Origin: Lentisphaeria bacterium
GTDB taxonomy: Bacteria; Verrucomicrobiota; Lentisphaeria; Victivallales; UBA1829
Assembly: GCA_017503375.1 (NCBI GenBank)
Contig: JAFVTF010000009.1
Location: forward strand, 31,933-95,932
DNA: 64,000 nucleotides
Direction: 5' to 3'
The stretch's first letter is position 1. Each line of letters opens with the position of its first letter. Of this stretch, positions 32,840-42,772 are shown one piece after another. The notes under the pieces were generated by a model. It worked only from the letters and a program-made list of their open reading frames with translations, was not told the origin of the DNA and searched no databases. The position numbers and the translations under genes were made by a program.

Positions 32840-34844
32840 TTGCCACTCCGTTTCTCACCATATCCAGAGAGCCGGCAAAAGTGATTGCGGGGTCCGGTTC
32901 GATCACGTATTCTTTCCAGCCGGGAACTGTCGGTTTCACACCAAACACATAACGGGCAATCAGATACAGCGGATATGCGCCCCACGGATGGGAAATACTC
33001 ACCATTTCCTGCGGATTATACCAATATTCCGAGGTGGCTGTCAATCCGGCATTGACCATATCCATCCAGCGGGAATCTTTTCCGAAAAGCAACGCAAACG
33101 CACTCTTGCCGCGTCCATAACGGAACAGTGTTTCCAAATAGAAATAACCTGTATAAAGACTGCATTCCATTCCGCATTTTTCCACAAAATCGACCACAGC
33201 CGGGACATATTTTTCCGGAACGATATCGCTCCACAAAGCCCAGAGGTTTGCATACAGCGAACAGTTTTCTGATTCCGGACGGTCTCTGTAAAGACCTTTC
33301 TCCGAATCAAAACAGCGGGCATGGATTGCCTCTGCCATGGTCCGGCTTTCCTGAAGCAGTTCCGCTGCTTCAGCATCTTTCCCGATTGCAGATGCAAGTT
33401 CGGAAAGCAGTTTCAGCACTTTGCAGGACAATGCATTGGTGGCTGTCAGATATTCACTGTTCCCCATATCATATCCCTGCTGATATTCCACCGGCCAATC
33501 CACAAGCACAATCAGCGGATATTTCCGGATCATTCCATCCTGAATCAAATCCCGGAATCCGGAATAAGCAGCCAGCTGATCAAAACGCTCACGAATGAAC
33601 TCAACATCACCGCTTTCCATGTAATAATCATAGAAAAGAACAGCCATTTCCAACGCCCAGTCACAAGGCCAGGTCGGATGCGTCAAAAGATAATCCAATG
33701 TCCGCTTTGCAGCACGCAAATCACTGTTCACAACAAAAGATGCAGCCATCGTCAAAAGCGTATCTGCTTCGTACGGAATCCGTTCACGGGTGAAACAATC
33801 CACAAAATAATCCACTGTCAGATTCCGGATGGAATCGCTGCACATATTCCAGACCGACGGCAAATATGGATGAGCCGTTTCAAATTTTGCAGAGTCGGCA
33901 AACGGGGCTGTAATCACGATCCGCTGAAGAGCTTCCGGATTCAAATCCCCGGAATATCCGGCAATTTCCGCATAACGGAAACAACGCACCCCGAAATGTT
34001 CCAGAGTCTGACCGCCTGCACGGAAACTCCAAAGTTCCTGATAACAAACCTGACAGCGCATTTCATACCGCACCTGATCATTCCAGAGTTCTTCGCCCAG
34101 ACGGAGTTCAATATCTCCGCCGCTGGCAGGTCCGGTCAAGCGGATGGAACCAATCCCGGTTTTTCCGAAATCGGCAATATAATTTCCATTCTCCCGTTTC
34201 CAGATTCTGACTGGTTTCTGGACTTCCACGGTATAATTGAACTCAGCCGTACGTTCCGGAGAATCACTTTGCACAATGACCGGATCACTCCAGGAGGCAT
34301 CGTTGAACTCGATCTCTGAATTCCAGCCATCCGGAGAAATTGTTCCATCAATATGTTCAAAAATCTCACCGGGACCGATATTTCCTTTGAAATATCCATT
34401 CATTCCGGGACATTTCCACGGAATCGGGGAATAAAGCAATCTCGCATCAAAGAGTTTCCATTGAGGTTCAACGGAGCACTCTCCGCAGAAGATTTCCACG
34501 CTGACACCATCCGTATCCCCACGGAATGCAACAGCGGCAAGATGTTCTCCGGCAGCAATATTTTCCAAAGAAAACTCATGAACAATACGGTCGCCGTCAT
34601 GACTGCTCCGCAGCGGTCCGCAGGAGATAAATTTTCCATCGAACCAGAGACGGAACCGGATAAAACTGTTTCCCATCAGCCAGCCGCCATCATGACCATC
34701 GCCGCGGCGGGGCATACAACAGGGTTTCAAGTAAGTTGTAGGATCACAGGTGATCCGGATTTTGATGTCAGAAACACTCTGTAAAGCGAAACGGCCTCTG
34801 AGGAAGGCAGTTCCGAGCGCATGGAAACAGTTTTTCATGTTCAC
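32820..34844 (-). CDS. GH78-like glycoside hydrolase (alpha-L-rhamnosidase six-hairpin domain)
   Basis: 674 aa. DCFTRERIPYEADTLL resembles the DCPxRDERxGWxGD motif. The C-terminal SHPWGAYPLYLIARYVFGVKP is typical of the Bac_rhamnosid6H fold. Confidence 0.55.
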   Translation of the reverse strand: MNMKNCFHALGTAFLRGRFALQSVSDIKIRITCDPTTYLKPCCMPRRGDGHDGGWLMGNSFIRFRLWFDGKFISCGPLRSSHDGDRIVHEFSLENIAAGEHLAAVAFRGDTDGVSVEIFCGECSVEPQWKLFDARLLYSPIPWKCPGMNGYFKGNIGPGEIFEHIDGTISPDGWNSEIEFNDASWSDPVIVQSDSPERTAEFNYTVEVQKPVRIWKRENGNYIADFGKTGIGSIRLTGPASGGDIELRLGEELWNDQVRYEMRCQVCYQELWSFRAGGQTLEHFGVRCFRYAEIAGYSGDLNPEALQRIVITAPFADSAKFETAHPYLPSVWNMCSDSIRNLTVDYFVDCFTRERIPYEADTLLTMAASFVVNSDLRAAKRTLDYLLTHPTWPCDWALEMAVLFYDYYMESGDVEFIRERFDQLAAYSGFRDLIQDGMIRKYPLIVLVDWPVEYQQGYDMGNSEYLTATNALSCKVLKLLSELASAIGKDAEAAELLQESRTMAEAIHARCFDSEKGLYRDRPESENCSLYANLWALWSDIVPEKYVPAVVDFVEKCGMECSLYTGYFYLETLFRYGRGKSAFALLFGKDSRWMDMVNAGLTATSEYWYNPQEMVSISHPWGAYPLYLIARYVFGVKPTVPGWKEYVIEPDPAITFAGSLDMVRNGVAIHAERS

Positions 34845-35954
34845 TCACTTTCCATTGACTGCAAATTTTACGATACGGACCGCTTTTCCGGTACTGCGGG
34901 AATCTTTTGCTTTTCCCACTTCAAGCACAAGTTTATGCGTTCCGGAATCCAGTTCATCTGCAAGAATTGCTGTGTATGGATAATGTAATCCTTTGCTGAA
35001 CCGGTGAAAAAGTTTCAAACTCTTGAACGGGGAACCATCTATACTGTACCGGACGGAACCGGCATCCGGTCCGGCTGTCAGATACAAACCGATACATGTT
35101 CCCTGAAATGTCAGGCTCAAACTTGCACCCATCCGGGAGGAATAAAGATACGGAATACCCACATACTGTTTGCGGGTTATCCCTTCCAGAGAATCCCAGT
35201 CCGGCTCTCCGAAGGTCCAATTCTCATCAAATTCCGCAGAATCCGGAGAAATGAACATGCCGTTTACAAAGCTGTTCGGATCAAGCAGTTTTTCCGGTAT
35301 CTCAGCAACAGAATTTTCCGGAGAATTTTCCAGAAGTTCCTTGATCAAATCCCGGTAAATCTGATTTCCGAACGGAGCGGGATGCACCCCTCCGAAATCA
35401 TTTGCCCAGTCAAATTCCCCCGCAGCAAGACGGGAAGAAACTTCCTGAGCAAAGTTGATGCTGGGCAGATGATAATATTTTGCAACCTTTTCCATGGCAC
35501 GGATTTCCCGGGGAACTTTTCCCTGCCGGAACGTTTCGTTATGGGATTCATTGGCTGTATAAAGGAAAACTATATCCATTTCCGGATTGTTTGCATACGC
35601 CTGACGGACCATTCCTTCCATGGCTCGGATTGTCAGCGATGGTTTCAGATGTCCATCCTGATTGTCATTTACTGCAAATTCTATAAAAAGCAAATCAATC
35701 ATTCCATGGCTGAATACATCCGTCCCGATCCGGAATGAACCGGTATCGGAACATGTGGAACTGATCCCTGCATTGATAAATTCCAATCTGGAAGTCGGAA
35801 ACATTTCCCGGATCATTTCAGATGTCAGAAAGGAATATCCCTGCGGCATTTCTGTAATAGAACCGCCGATAAAGGCGACTTTTCCATATTTCTGCTGCTG
35901 GAACTTACTCAAAGAAGTCCCGGCACCACGACGGAGCTGAATCACTTTCCGCAT
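34845..35954 (-). CDS. SGNH/GDSL-family hydrolase with a C-terminal beta-rich domain
   Basis: VAFIGGSITE (block I Ser) and LLFIEFAVNDNQDG (block III). The start at 35954 lies 4 nt after the upstream gene's stop. The track ORF to 36089 overlaps that gene. Confidence 0.65.
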   Translation of the reverse strand: MRKVIQLRRGAGTSLSKFQQQKYGKVAFIGGSITEMPQGYSFLTSEMIREMFPTSRLEFINAGISSTCSDTGSFRIGTDVFSHGMIDLLFIEFAVNDNQDGHLKPSLTIRAMEGMVRQAYANNPEMDIVFLYTANESHNETFRQGKVPREIRAMEKVAKYYHLPSINFAQEVSSRLAAGEFDWANDFGGVHPAPFGNQIYRDLIKELLENSPENSVAEIPEKLLDPNSFVNGMFISPDSAEFDENWTFGEPDWDSLEGITRKQYVGIPYLYSSRMGASLSLTFQGTCIGLYLTAGPDAGSVRYSIDGSPFKSLKLFHRFSKGLHYPYTAILADELDSGTHKLVLEVGKAKDSRSTGKAVRIVKFAVNGK

Positions 35955-35958
35955 AGAT

Positions 35959-37053
35959 TCACTTCCAATCCGGCAATTCATCAAGACGGACAATTCTTCC
36001 GGTATCCTCGGAAAGTCCTGCCGCAAAACAGAATCGCATTGTCTGATAAGCATCTTCTGCAGGAACTCCCGGCGGAAGACCATTGGCAACCAGTTCTATG
36101 ATTTTTTTATTCTGTCCGCTCGTATTATGGATCCAGCTGTTATCCAATGCCTGCGGATAACGGATCTCTTCGTCACGGGCACTGTCAAGACGTTCTCCTG
36201 TATCGGTAAATGTCCAGCGGCGGATTCTGCGGGCAAACACGTCAGTTTCAATCATTCCTTTGTCACCCATAATCAGATACTGCAGAACATGTCCGTCATC
36301 TCTCTGTTTCGCCAGAAGATCTTCGTACTGTTCTCCATGATAGGATTCGGCTGCAAACGCGGTGAAGAGAAGAACACCGATTCCGCCGTTCTTGAACGTA
36401 GTCGTAATATTGTGATTGTCTCTGTACTCCACATACGGCAGAACTCTGGGAGATGCAACTGCATAAACAGATTCCGGTTCGGAACCCATAAACCAACGCT
36501 GAAGATCAAGATAATGGGAAAGTTTTTCTCCAATCAGAAAACTTCCCTTCCCCTTGCTGCGCCAGGAACCTTTCGGATGATGTACCGTACAAAGATAACG
36601 GGTTTGAATATTCACGACCTTCCCGATCAAGCCCTGATCGATCCATTCTTTTGCTTTCATATAAAGTCTGGAATAATGCAGTTCAAAACCAATCTGAAGG
36701 AATCCGTTCAATTCCTGTTTCAATTTGATCAGACGGGTCGCTTCCTCCAGTGTATCGCCCATGGGCTTTTCACACATAACTTTCTTTCCCGCACGCAGTG
36801 CAGCTTCGGCAAGCGGAATATGGGACTCATTACTTGAGGCAATGGAAACAAATTTGATTTCCGGATTCGCCAGAATCTCAGGCAGATCAGCAGCAATAAT
36901 TCCCAATTCAGAAGCCCGCTGGGCACGCCGCTCCGGATCCGGTTCATAACCATAAATCCTGTTCACATGGGGTGAAGATTTCGCTGCGCCAACATGAGTT
37001 TTTCCCATTCCGCCCAGACCGAGAACTGCCACATCAAATTTTTCCATACTCAT
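35959..37053 (-). CDS. Gfo/Idh/MocA-family NAD(P)-dependent oxidoreductase
   Basis: Rossmann N-terminus (KFDVAVLGLGGMGKTH) and a CEKP motif (VMCEKPM). The start is near 37053 after an AAGGA RBS. The track ORF to 37326 runs into repeat copy B. Confidence 0.8.
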   Translation of the reverse strand: MSMEKFDVAVLGLGGMGKTHVGAAKSSPHVNRIYGYEPDPERRAQRASELGIIAADLPEILANPEIKFVSIASSNESHIPLAEAALRAGKKVMCEKPMGDTLEEATRLIKLKQELNGFLQIGFELHYSRLYMKAKEWIDQGLIGKVVNIQTRYLCTVHHPKGSWRSKGKGSFLIGEKLSHYLDLQRWFMGSEPESVYAVASPRVLPYVEYRDNHNITTTFKNGGIGVLLFTAFAAESYHGEQYEDLLAKQRDDGHVLQYLIMGDKGMIETDVFARRIRRWTFTDTGERLDSARDEEIRYPQALDNSWIHNTSGQNKKIIELVANGLPPGVPAEDAYQTMRFCFAAGLSEDTGRIVRLDELPDWK

Positions 37054-37099
37054 AATCATTTCCTTTTCAATAATTTTCCGGTTTCCCGGGACAGCAGAT

Positions 37100-37127
37100 A
37101 AAATAGCACGTTTTTGTTGTTTTTCAA
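37100..37127 (-). promoter_or_regulatory. sigma70-like promoter of the Gfo/Idh/MocA-SGNH-GH78 operon
   Basis: The minus strand reads TTGAAA-N16-(gTGc)TATTTT, about 45 nt upstream of the start codon. Confidence 0.4.
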
Positions 37128-37232
37128 TCACTGAATCTTCTTTTTTGACGTCCCGCAGCAGTCTTTTACAAAAAAACTTTTTTCCGGAACTGAAGAATTC
37201 TCTGAAAATAATGAAAGTCCGGAAATAAAAAG

Positions 37233-37433
37233 GTTCTGTTCCCAATACGGGTTGGCAAGCCTTTCCGCTGTTTTTACCCAAAGATGGCATTTTGATTTTT
37301 GTACAGCAAAAATCGGAATGCCGCAAAAAGGTTTGAAAAAGGATGATGGGGTTCGGGGAAGAAGGGAAAAAATTTCCTCAAAATTTTTTCCCTTCTTCCC
37401 CGATCACAAAACAACCTTTTCTGGGAACAGAGC
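37233..37433 (-). repeat. family-1 structured intergenic repeat, copy B (inverted relative to copy A)
   Basis: The reverse complement aligns with 30753-30953. The central roughly 150 nt differ at only a handful of positions by eye. Termini are TCTGTTCCCA / TGGGAACAGA. Confidence 0.85.
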
Positions 37434-37440
37434 TAAAATA

Positions 37441-37480
37441 AAAAAAAACGGGACAGCAGTTTGAAGACCGCACTGTCCCG
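37441..37480 (-). terminator. rho-independent terminator of dat-ddc
   Basis: The minus strand reads CGGGACAG-N16-CTGTCCCG followed by T8, 27 nt after the ddc stop. Confidence 0.75.
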
Positions 37481-37506
37481 AATTCAATGTTGTGAAAGAA
37501 TCTGAT

Positions 37507-38961
37507 TCACCGCAAAGAGGCAATCAAATCCATCAGACCTGTCAGGACTTCATGCGTCAGAAGCGGATTCAGCAGAGTGAATTTCAGATAAACGCTACCA
37601 TGACAAACTGTCTGCCCGATCACAACGCCATGCTCATGAAGCAATGCACGGCGGATCCGTTTGTTCATATCATCTGCACTTTCTGCACTTCCGGATTGAG
37701 GCAGAACACGGAAAACCACTGAACTGATTTCCGGCTTGATGACAACATCAAATTCCGGATTCTTTGACAGTTCCCCGTAAAGAAATGCCGCATTGTCAAT
37801 GCTCCGGGTGATAAGAGCGGACCAGCCTTCTTTTCCGCGCATCCGGAAGGACATCCAAACTTTCAACGCATCGAAACGGCGGGTCGTCTGCATGGACTTG
37901 TTCACCAGATTGATGTAGCCGTCTTCCTCATCCTCTTCCCTGTTCAGGTAATCGGCATGAATGGTGAGCGCATCGAAATATTTGCCGTCTTTCACCAGAG
38001 AAGCACTGCAGCTGATAGGCAGCATGAACATCTTATGAAAGTCCACTGTAATGGAATCACAATCTGCCAGACCAGCCACGCGGGAGGCATATTTTTCAGA
38101 AAGGATCACACCGCTGCCGTAAGCGGCATCAGCATGAAGCCACATCCCGTATTCATCGCAGATTGCCCGGAGTTCTTTCAGCGGGTCAATGCTGCCGAAA
38201 TCGGTTGTTCCGACGGTTGCGCCGATACAGAACGGAAGATTTCCGGCTTCCACATCCTTGCGGATCAGCTCTTTCAGTGCCGCGAGATCCATTTTCATGG
38301 CGTTATCGACAGGCACTTTCACGACAGCTTCATAACCCAATCCCATGAGATGAGCACTCTTTTCCATGGAGAAATGGGAAACTTCGGAGGTGTACATCCG
38401 GAATTTTCTGAAATCAGCGGGCAACCCGCACTTTTTCACATCCCATCCGAGTTTTTCGTTGCAGAAACGGTCACGTGCAAGAAGCAGGCCGGAAAGGTTT
38501 GACTGAGAACCGCCGGAAGTGAAAACGCCGTCTGCTTTTTCATCATAACCGTAAAGCGCACAAAGCTTGTTGATCACATCCACTTCGATTTCCGTTGCCA
38601 CGGGAGCCTGATCCCAGGAATCCATGGACTGGTTGAAGGTGGAAAGAATCAATTCCGCTGCAACAGATTCCAGCAGAACGGAACTGTGGAGATGCGCCAT
38701 ATAATTGGTGGAGGAAGGACGCAGGAAGTTGGGCAGGATCTTTTCAGAAACTTCTTTCAAAAGCTCATCGAACCCCATGGATTTTTCCGGAAGAAGTTCT
38801 TCCGTACGCACCAGTGCACGGAGATTTTCCGGGGTCATTCCCGCATAAGCCTTTCCATGGTCCATGGATGCCGCGACCGCACGGACCGTGGCATCCATCA
38901 TCCGGATATATTCTGCCTTGTCGGCAGCGGAAGAAGTGAGAAAAAGATTACTTTGTGACAT
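37507..38961 (-). CDS. ddc: PLP-dependent group II decarboxylase, L-2,4-diaminobutyrate decarboxylase-like
   Basis: About 484 aa with DFHKMFMLP (PLP-Lys) and HADAAYGSG. Immediately downstream of, and overlapping, a DABA aminotransferase gene, as in known dat-ddc pairs. The start ATG at 38961 overlaps dat by 14 nt. Confidence 0.75.
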   Translation of the reverse strand: MSQSNLFLTSSAADKAEYIRMMDATVRAVAASMDHGKAYAGMTPENLRALVRTEELLPEKSMGFDELLKEVSEKILPNFLRPSSTNYMAHLHSSVLLESVAAELILSTFNQSMDSWDQAPVATEIEVDVINKLCALYGYDEKADGVFTSGGSQSNLSGLLLARDRFCNEKLGWDVKKCGLPADFRKFRMYTSEVSHFSMEKSAHLMGLGYEAVVKVPVDNAMKMDLAALKELIRKDVEAGNLPFCIGATVGTTDFGSIDPLKELRAICDEYGMWLHADAAYGSGVILSEKYASRVAGLADCDSITVDFHKMFMLPISCSASLVKDGKYFDALTIHADYLNREEDEEDGYINLVNKSMQTTRRFDALKVWMSFRMRGKEGWSALITRSIDNAAFLYGELSKNPEFDVVIKPEISSVVFRVLPQSGSAESADDMNKRIRRALLHEHGVVIGQTVCHGSVYLKFTLLNPLLTHEVLTGLMDLIASLR

Positions 38962-40321
38962 CGCGGTCGACCTCACACACGACTTTTTCAAAGATGTCGA
39001 GCATGGTGTTGATCTCATCAAAGGTCACATTCAAAGCACAGAGACAGCGCATGACTGCACCGTGTCTTCCGCCTCTTTCCATCACGAGTTTGTTATTGAA
39101 ACATTCGTGCTGAACACGTGCTGCGATCTCACCGCTTCCGGGGAGTGCACCCAGTGAATCCTTTGCACCCTTGGGATCAACGAATTCACATCCGAGCATC
39201 AAACCTTTTCCGCGGATATCTCCGATAATGGAGACTTTATTTTTGAGTTCCAGCATCCGTTTCTGCATCATTTCACCTTTGGCGGTGACTTCTGCCAAAA
39301 ATTCGGGCTGGGAAACGCGTTTCATGACAACTGTTCCGGCACGCATGGCAAGCTGGTTTCCGCGGAATGTTCCGGCATGGGAACCGGGCTGCCACTTGTC
39401 AAGTTCCTTGTTGTAGATAACAACTGACATGGGCTGGGTTCCGCCGATTGCCTTGGAGACCAGAATCACATCGGGAACGATATCTGCATATTCAAATGCA
39501 AAGAATTTACCGGATCTTCCAACACCGCACTGGATTTCGTCCACGATCATGGGAATCCCCAGTTCTTTGGTCACGCGGCGGACTGTCTGGAGGAATTCAA
39601 CAGGAGCGGGGATCACACCGCCTTCGCCCTGAATGGGTTCCAGAATAACAGCTGCGGGCTTGGTAATACCACTTTCCGGATCCTTCAGCATACGTTCAAA
39701 ATATTCACAGCATGCCTTGGTTCCGGCTTCTCCGCCCAGTCCGAACGGACAGCGGTAGCTGTAAGGATACGGCATGAAATGAACGTCCGGCATCAGTGCG
39801 GGAACTTTGGATTTTGCTCCGAGGTTTCCGGTCAGAGACATGGGACCATGTCCCATTCCGTGATAAGCGCCGTGGAACGCGATCACAGAACTGCGTCCGG
39901 TTGCGGTTTTGCAAAGTTTGATTGCCGCATCAGTAGCATCTGTTCCGGAAGGACTGCAGAACTGAACTTTAACATTGTTTCTCATTTCTTCGGGAAGAAG
40001 AGCAAAGAGAGATTCCACGAAATCATGTTTGACGGGAGTCATCAGGTCGAGTGTGTGAAGCGGACGGTCGCTGGTGAGCATTTCAACCATGACCTGATTG
40101 ACTTCAGGATCGTTATGCCCGAGTGCAAGCGTTCCGGCACCGCAAAGGAAATCCAGATAACGGTTACCTTCCACATCTGTCAGCCAAACGCCTTTTGCCT
40201 TTACAAGGGAGAAAGGAAACTTTCTCGGATAGCTTCTGGCATTTGATTCAGTTTCTTCCTGACGAAGCATGTAGTCCGCATTGGTCAACATGCCCTGCGC
40301 ATTTTCTTTAAGTTCCATCAT
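38948..40321 (-). CDS. dat: diaminobutyrate--2-oxoglutarate aminotransferase (class III)
   Basis: 457 aa with RQEETESNARSYPRKFP, EPIQGEGGV and DEIQCGVGRSGKFFAFE, typical of Dat/EctB enzymes. Confidence 0.8.
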   Translation of the reverse strand: MMELKENAQGMLTNADYMLRQEETESNARSYPRKFPFSLVKAKGVWLTDVEGNRYLDFLCGAGTLALGHNDPEVNQVMVEMLTSDRPLHTLDLMTPVKHDFVESLFALLPEEMRNNVKVQFCSPSGTDATDAAIKLCKTATGRSSVIAFHGAYHGMGHGPMSLTGNLGAKSKVPALMPDVHFMPYPYSYRCPFGLGGEAGTKACCEYFERMLKDPESGITKPAAVILEPIQGEGGVIPAPVEFLQTVRRVTKELGIPMIVDEIQCGVGRSGKFFAFEYADIVPDVILVSKAIGGTQPMSVVIYNKELDKWQPGSHAGTFRGNQLAMRAGTVVMKRVSQPEFLAEVTAKGEMMQKRMLELKNKVSIIGDIRGKGLMLGCEFVDPKGAKDSLGALPGSGEIAARVQHECFNNKLVMERGGRHGAVMRCLCALNVTFDEINTMLDIFEKVVCEVDRDVTK

Positions 40322-40400
40322 AACAACAGAACCCTTCTATTCCGGAATCACGCCGGATTCCGTTTGCTTGTTAACAACACCCCTTCCCTTTCGGGACGGG

Positions 40401-40446
40401 AAAAAAACAGGGACATCCACTCTCTTTTTCTCAAGAGTAATATCCC
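40401..40446 (-). terminator. terminator-like hairpin plus U-tract inside the dat 5' leader
   Basis: The minus strand reads GGGATATTACTCTTGAGAAAAAGAGAGTGGATGTCCC-TG-TTTTTTT. It lies between the predicted promoter (40502-40530) and the dat ATG (40321). Confidence 0.45.
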
Positions 40447-40501
40447 GGCCGCAGAGATTTTTCTGTTTTCGGAATAGATTTTACAGAAAACTCCCTACTA
40501 T

Positions 40502-40530
40502 ACAATATCATTCTTTTGCTTATTTTTCAA
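40502..40530 (-). promoter_or_regulatory. sigma70-like promoter of dat-ddc
   Basis: The minus strand reads TTGAAA-N17-TATTGT. This implies a 5' leader of roughly 170 nt. Confidence 0.4.
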
Positions 40531-40589
40531 CTTTAATATGCCGCTCAATGAAATTTTTTTTGATTTTTTTTAGTGGAATCACGAAAAAA

Positions 40590-42692
40590 TCAAAGTTTCT
40601 TCAGGACACATTCCCCGGCAGGGAGCTTTTTCCGGTCCCAAACAGCTGCTTCTGTTCCGAAGTTGGCGGCAAACTGCCAGCGGCTGCCGTCTGGAGCCGT
40701 AAATTCCACTGCCCGGAACATACCTTCCGCCGGAAGCTGTTTCAAAGAATATTTACTTCCTTCCGCTGCAGAACTTCCTGCAACAACTGCATAACCGGTA
40801 TCAGCCAGAATATCTCCGGGCATCCGGCGGACTCGCGGTGTGTTCTCCACTGTTCCGCAAATCTCATTCAAATGAAGAGAGGTCATCTGACGGCAATATT
40901 TCAGGTTTCCGCGGTCTTCCGGTGAGACATAAATCTTGAACGAATCGGCACCGTAACCGAGAACCAGTGTGATCTTGTCATCCACATTCACCCAGCTTGA
41001 TTTTGTATCAATTACTCCTTCCCCGGATCTTCTTCTGACTGTACGGGTGAAATTTTCACCTTTGTATGTGCGGATTTCCCCGTTGAATATATCGTTCGGG
41101 ATCTGCCATCCGATGGTACGGAGTGTGACAAGAGAATGTTCTTTCAGCACATGCACATATTCCAGAACGATCATACTTTTCCCGTCGGGCAGAGCCGCAC
41201 AGGCTGATTTGCTCTGCAATGTATGATATCTGCCTTCTCCTTCGCCCCAGGGTCCGGCTTCGATAAAATCGATTTTTCCGGAACTGATAAAACCGCCGGA
41301 AAATGATTTCCGGAACATTTCCGGGAAATCCTGAGCAACAAAATGTCCTTCATACTGTGCATGACCATTGCCGTGCCACTCTGCCAGATCGCTGCTGTCA
41401 AGCGGCAATGCAAGAACCATAGGACCTTCCCCGGCACGCCGTACAACAGAGCGGACGATTGATTCGCTCTTGACCATATCGGCACCGTGAAAATCATCAC
41501 TCCAGACAGCCGGCACTGTCTTTGCGGGTTTTGCGGCAGGCTGAAGCATTTTCCAATGACTGCGGACATACGCTGCAAATGCCAGAATTGCAAAAGGATC
41601 TGATTCCAGTCTGGTATAATAATAACGGCTCTGATAACTCATATCATCAAGACGTTTCCCGAAGAAGGAGCCGTTTCCGTTTATATTCTGTTCAAACCGG
41701 AGCAGTTCTGCCATTCCCTGTTCCAATCCGGCATCCGGCTTTTCCCCGTAACAATCCTGCATCATCAGAAGAATCGGCATAAGATACATCTGACAATAAC
41801 AGTATCTTGCGCGGGTATCTCCGCCGATCCGCAAGAGACGTCCGTCCGGGAAAATGAAATGTTTGACCACTTCCCAGAGATCTTTCACATGATGTTTCGC
41901 CTCTTCCGGCATTTCCCAGCCACGGGATTTACAGTAGAAATGGAGATAAGCCGCATGGGAAAGAGTGATGATACTGTAACCGATATTCATGTACCCGTGA
42001 TGGTCAAGAGAAAAATTTTCGGTGAAATTAGGTCCGACATACCATTCTTTCAGTGTTTTTTCACGGAATTTCTTATTGGATTTCTCATCTGATGGGATGG
42101 AAATGGAGTTCAGAAAGAGAGCACATGCTTTATCCAGATAAACCTCTCTGTTGGGGCAATCCGGATAATCCATTGCAGTTTTGAACAGAAAACTTGCGTT
42201 CCAGAAATTGGATTCCGGTTTGTTTCCGCTGCCGAAAATTCCGTCAATGGATGCCACTACCGGATAATTTTCCACGAGCCAGTCGGCTTCAAAACAGCGG
42301 AGATTCCGGAACGCCGTCTGATCTTTTTTGGTCAGATAAGGTTCCAATGCCAATTGTCCGGCAGCCATCCGTTCGAGTCCGAGAATGGAAATCCAGCTTC
42401 CGCCCCATTCTTCGCCGCAACTGTTTTTCAGCGGTCCGGTTTTATGGGAATAAAGATCGTACCGGAACAATTTCAAAGCAAGTTCCCGGGCTTCTTTTTC
42501 AATGACAGGGTCTTGTGTCTGTTCAGCAAGGATTGCCATTCCTCCGGCAACATTGAAATTACTCTGAACTGCCCAGTGAGCAGCTTCTCCGGTTCCGTAA
42601 TAAGCATGTTTTTTATCCACATCGCGGATTTCCTGTTTGGCAAACGGCAGGAAATTTTCCAGCATTTCCACATAATATGCACTGTTCAGCAT
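40590..42692 (-). CDS. hypothetical 700-aa protein; possible heparinase II/III-like or polysaccharide-lyase-like fold (weak)
   Basis: Long ORF. The ATG at 42692 has an AAGGAG RBS 8 nt upstream. No catalytic motif recognised with confidence. Transcribed divergently from the UbiA operon. Confidence 0.6.
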   Translation of the reverse strand: MLNSAYYVEMLENFLPFAKQEIRDVDKKHAYYGTGEAAHWAVQSNFNVAGGMAILAEQTQDPVIEKEARELALKLFRYDLYSHKTGPLKNSCGEEWGGSWISILGLERMAAGQLALEPYLTKKDQTAFRNLRCFEADWLVENYPVVASIDGIFGSGNKPESNFWNASFLFKTAMDYPDCPNREVYLDKACALFLNSISIPSDEKSNKKFREKTLKEWYVGPNFTENFSLDHHGYMNIGYSIITLSHAAYLHFYCKSRGWEMPEEAKHHVKDLWEVVKHFIFPDGRLLRIGGDTRARYCYCQMYLMPILLMMQDCYGEKPDAGLEQGMAELLRFEQNINGNGSFFGKRLDDMSYQSRYYYTRLESDPFAILAFAAYVRSHWKMLQPAAKPAKTVPAVWSDDFHGADMVKSESIVRSVVRRAGEGPMVLALPLDSSDLAEWHGNGHAQYEGHFVAQDFPEMFRKSFSGGFISSGKIDFIEAGPWGEGEGRYHTLQSKSACAALPDGKSMIVLEYVHVLKEHSLVTLRTIGWQIPNDIFNGEIRTYKGENFTRTVRRRSGEGVIDTKSSWVNVDDKITLVLGYGADSFKIYVSPEDRGNLKYCRQMTSLHLNEICGTVENTPRVRRMPGDILADTGYAVVAGSSAAEGSKYSLKQLPAEGMFRAVEFTAPDGSRWQFAANFGTEAAVWDRKKLPAGECVLKKL

Positions 42693-42772
42693 GATGGATG
42701 TCTCCTTCTTTTTCATAAATATCTTTATCAGCCCATTTCTTATTTGCTGATAATGTAATATCCCTTTATTTT

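Noticed and set aside
37054-37326. N-terminal extensions in track ORFs: 35959-37326, 30882-30977, and the rplB, rplC, SGNH, GNAT and 40590-42779 ORFs
   Set aside because: The extensions run through repeats, promoters or upstream genes and precede canonical N-termini that have good RBSs. The shorter starts were used instead.
37318-37464. Conserved small ORF inside the family-1 repeats. It reads MPQKGLKKDDGVRGRREKISSKFFPFFPDHK... in copy B, MPQKILKKGDGVRGSGKKTFLKSFFPLP... in copy C, and MPQKGLKKDGGVRGRREKISSKFFPFFPDHK... on the opposite strand of copy A.
   Set aside because: The ATG lies inside a hairpin arm with no RBS, the C-terminal parts diverge freely, and the peptide similarity follows from conserved hairpin nucleotides. 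It is kept only as an alternative hypothesis under the repeat finding.
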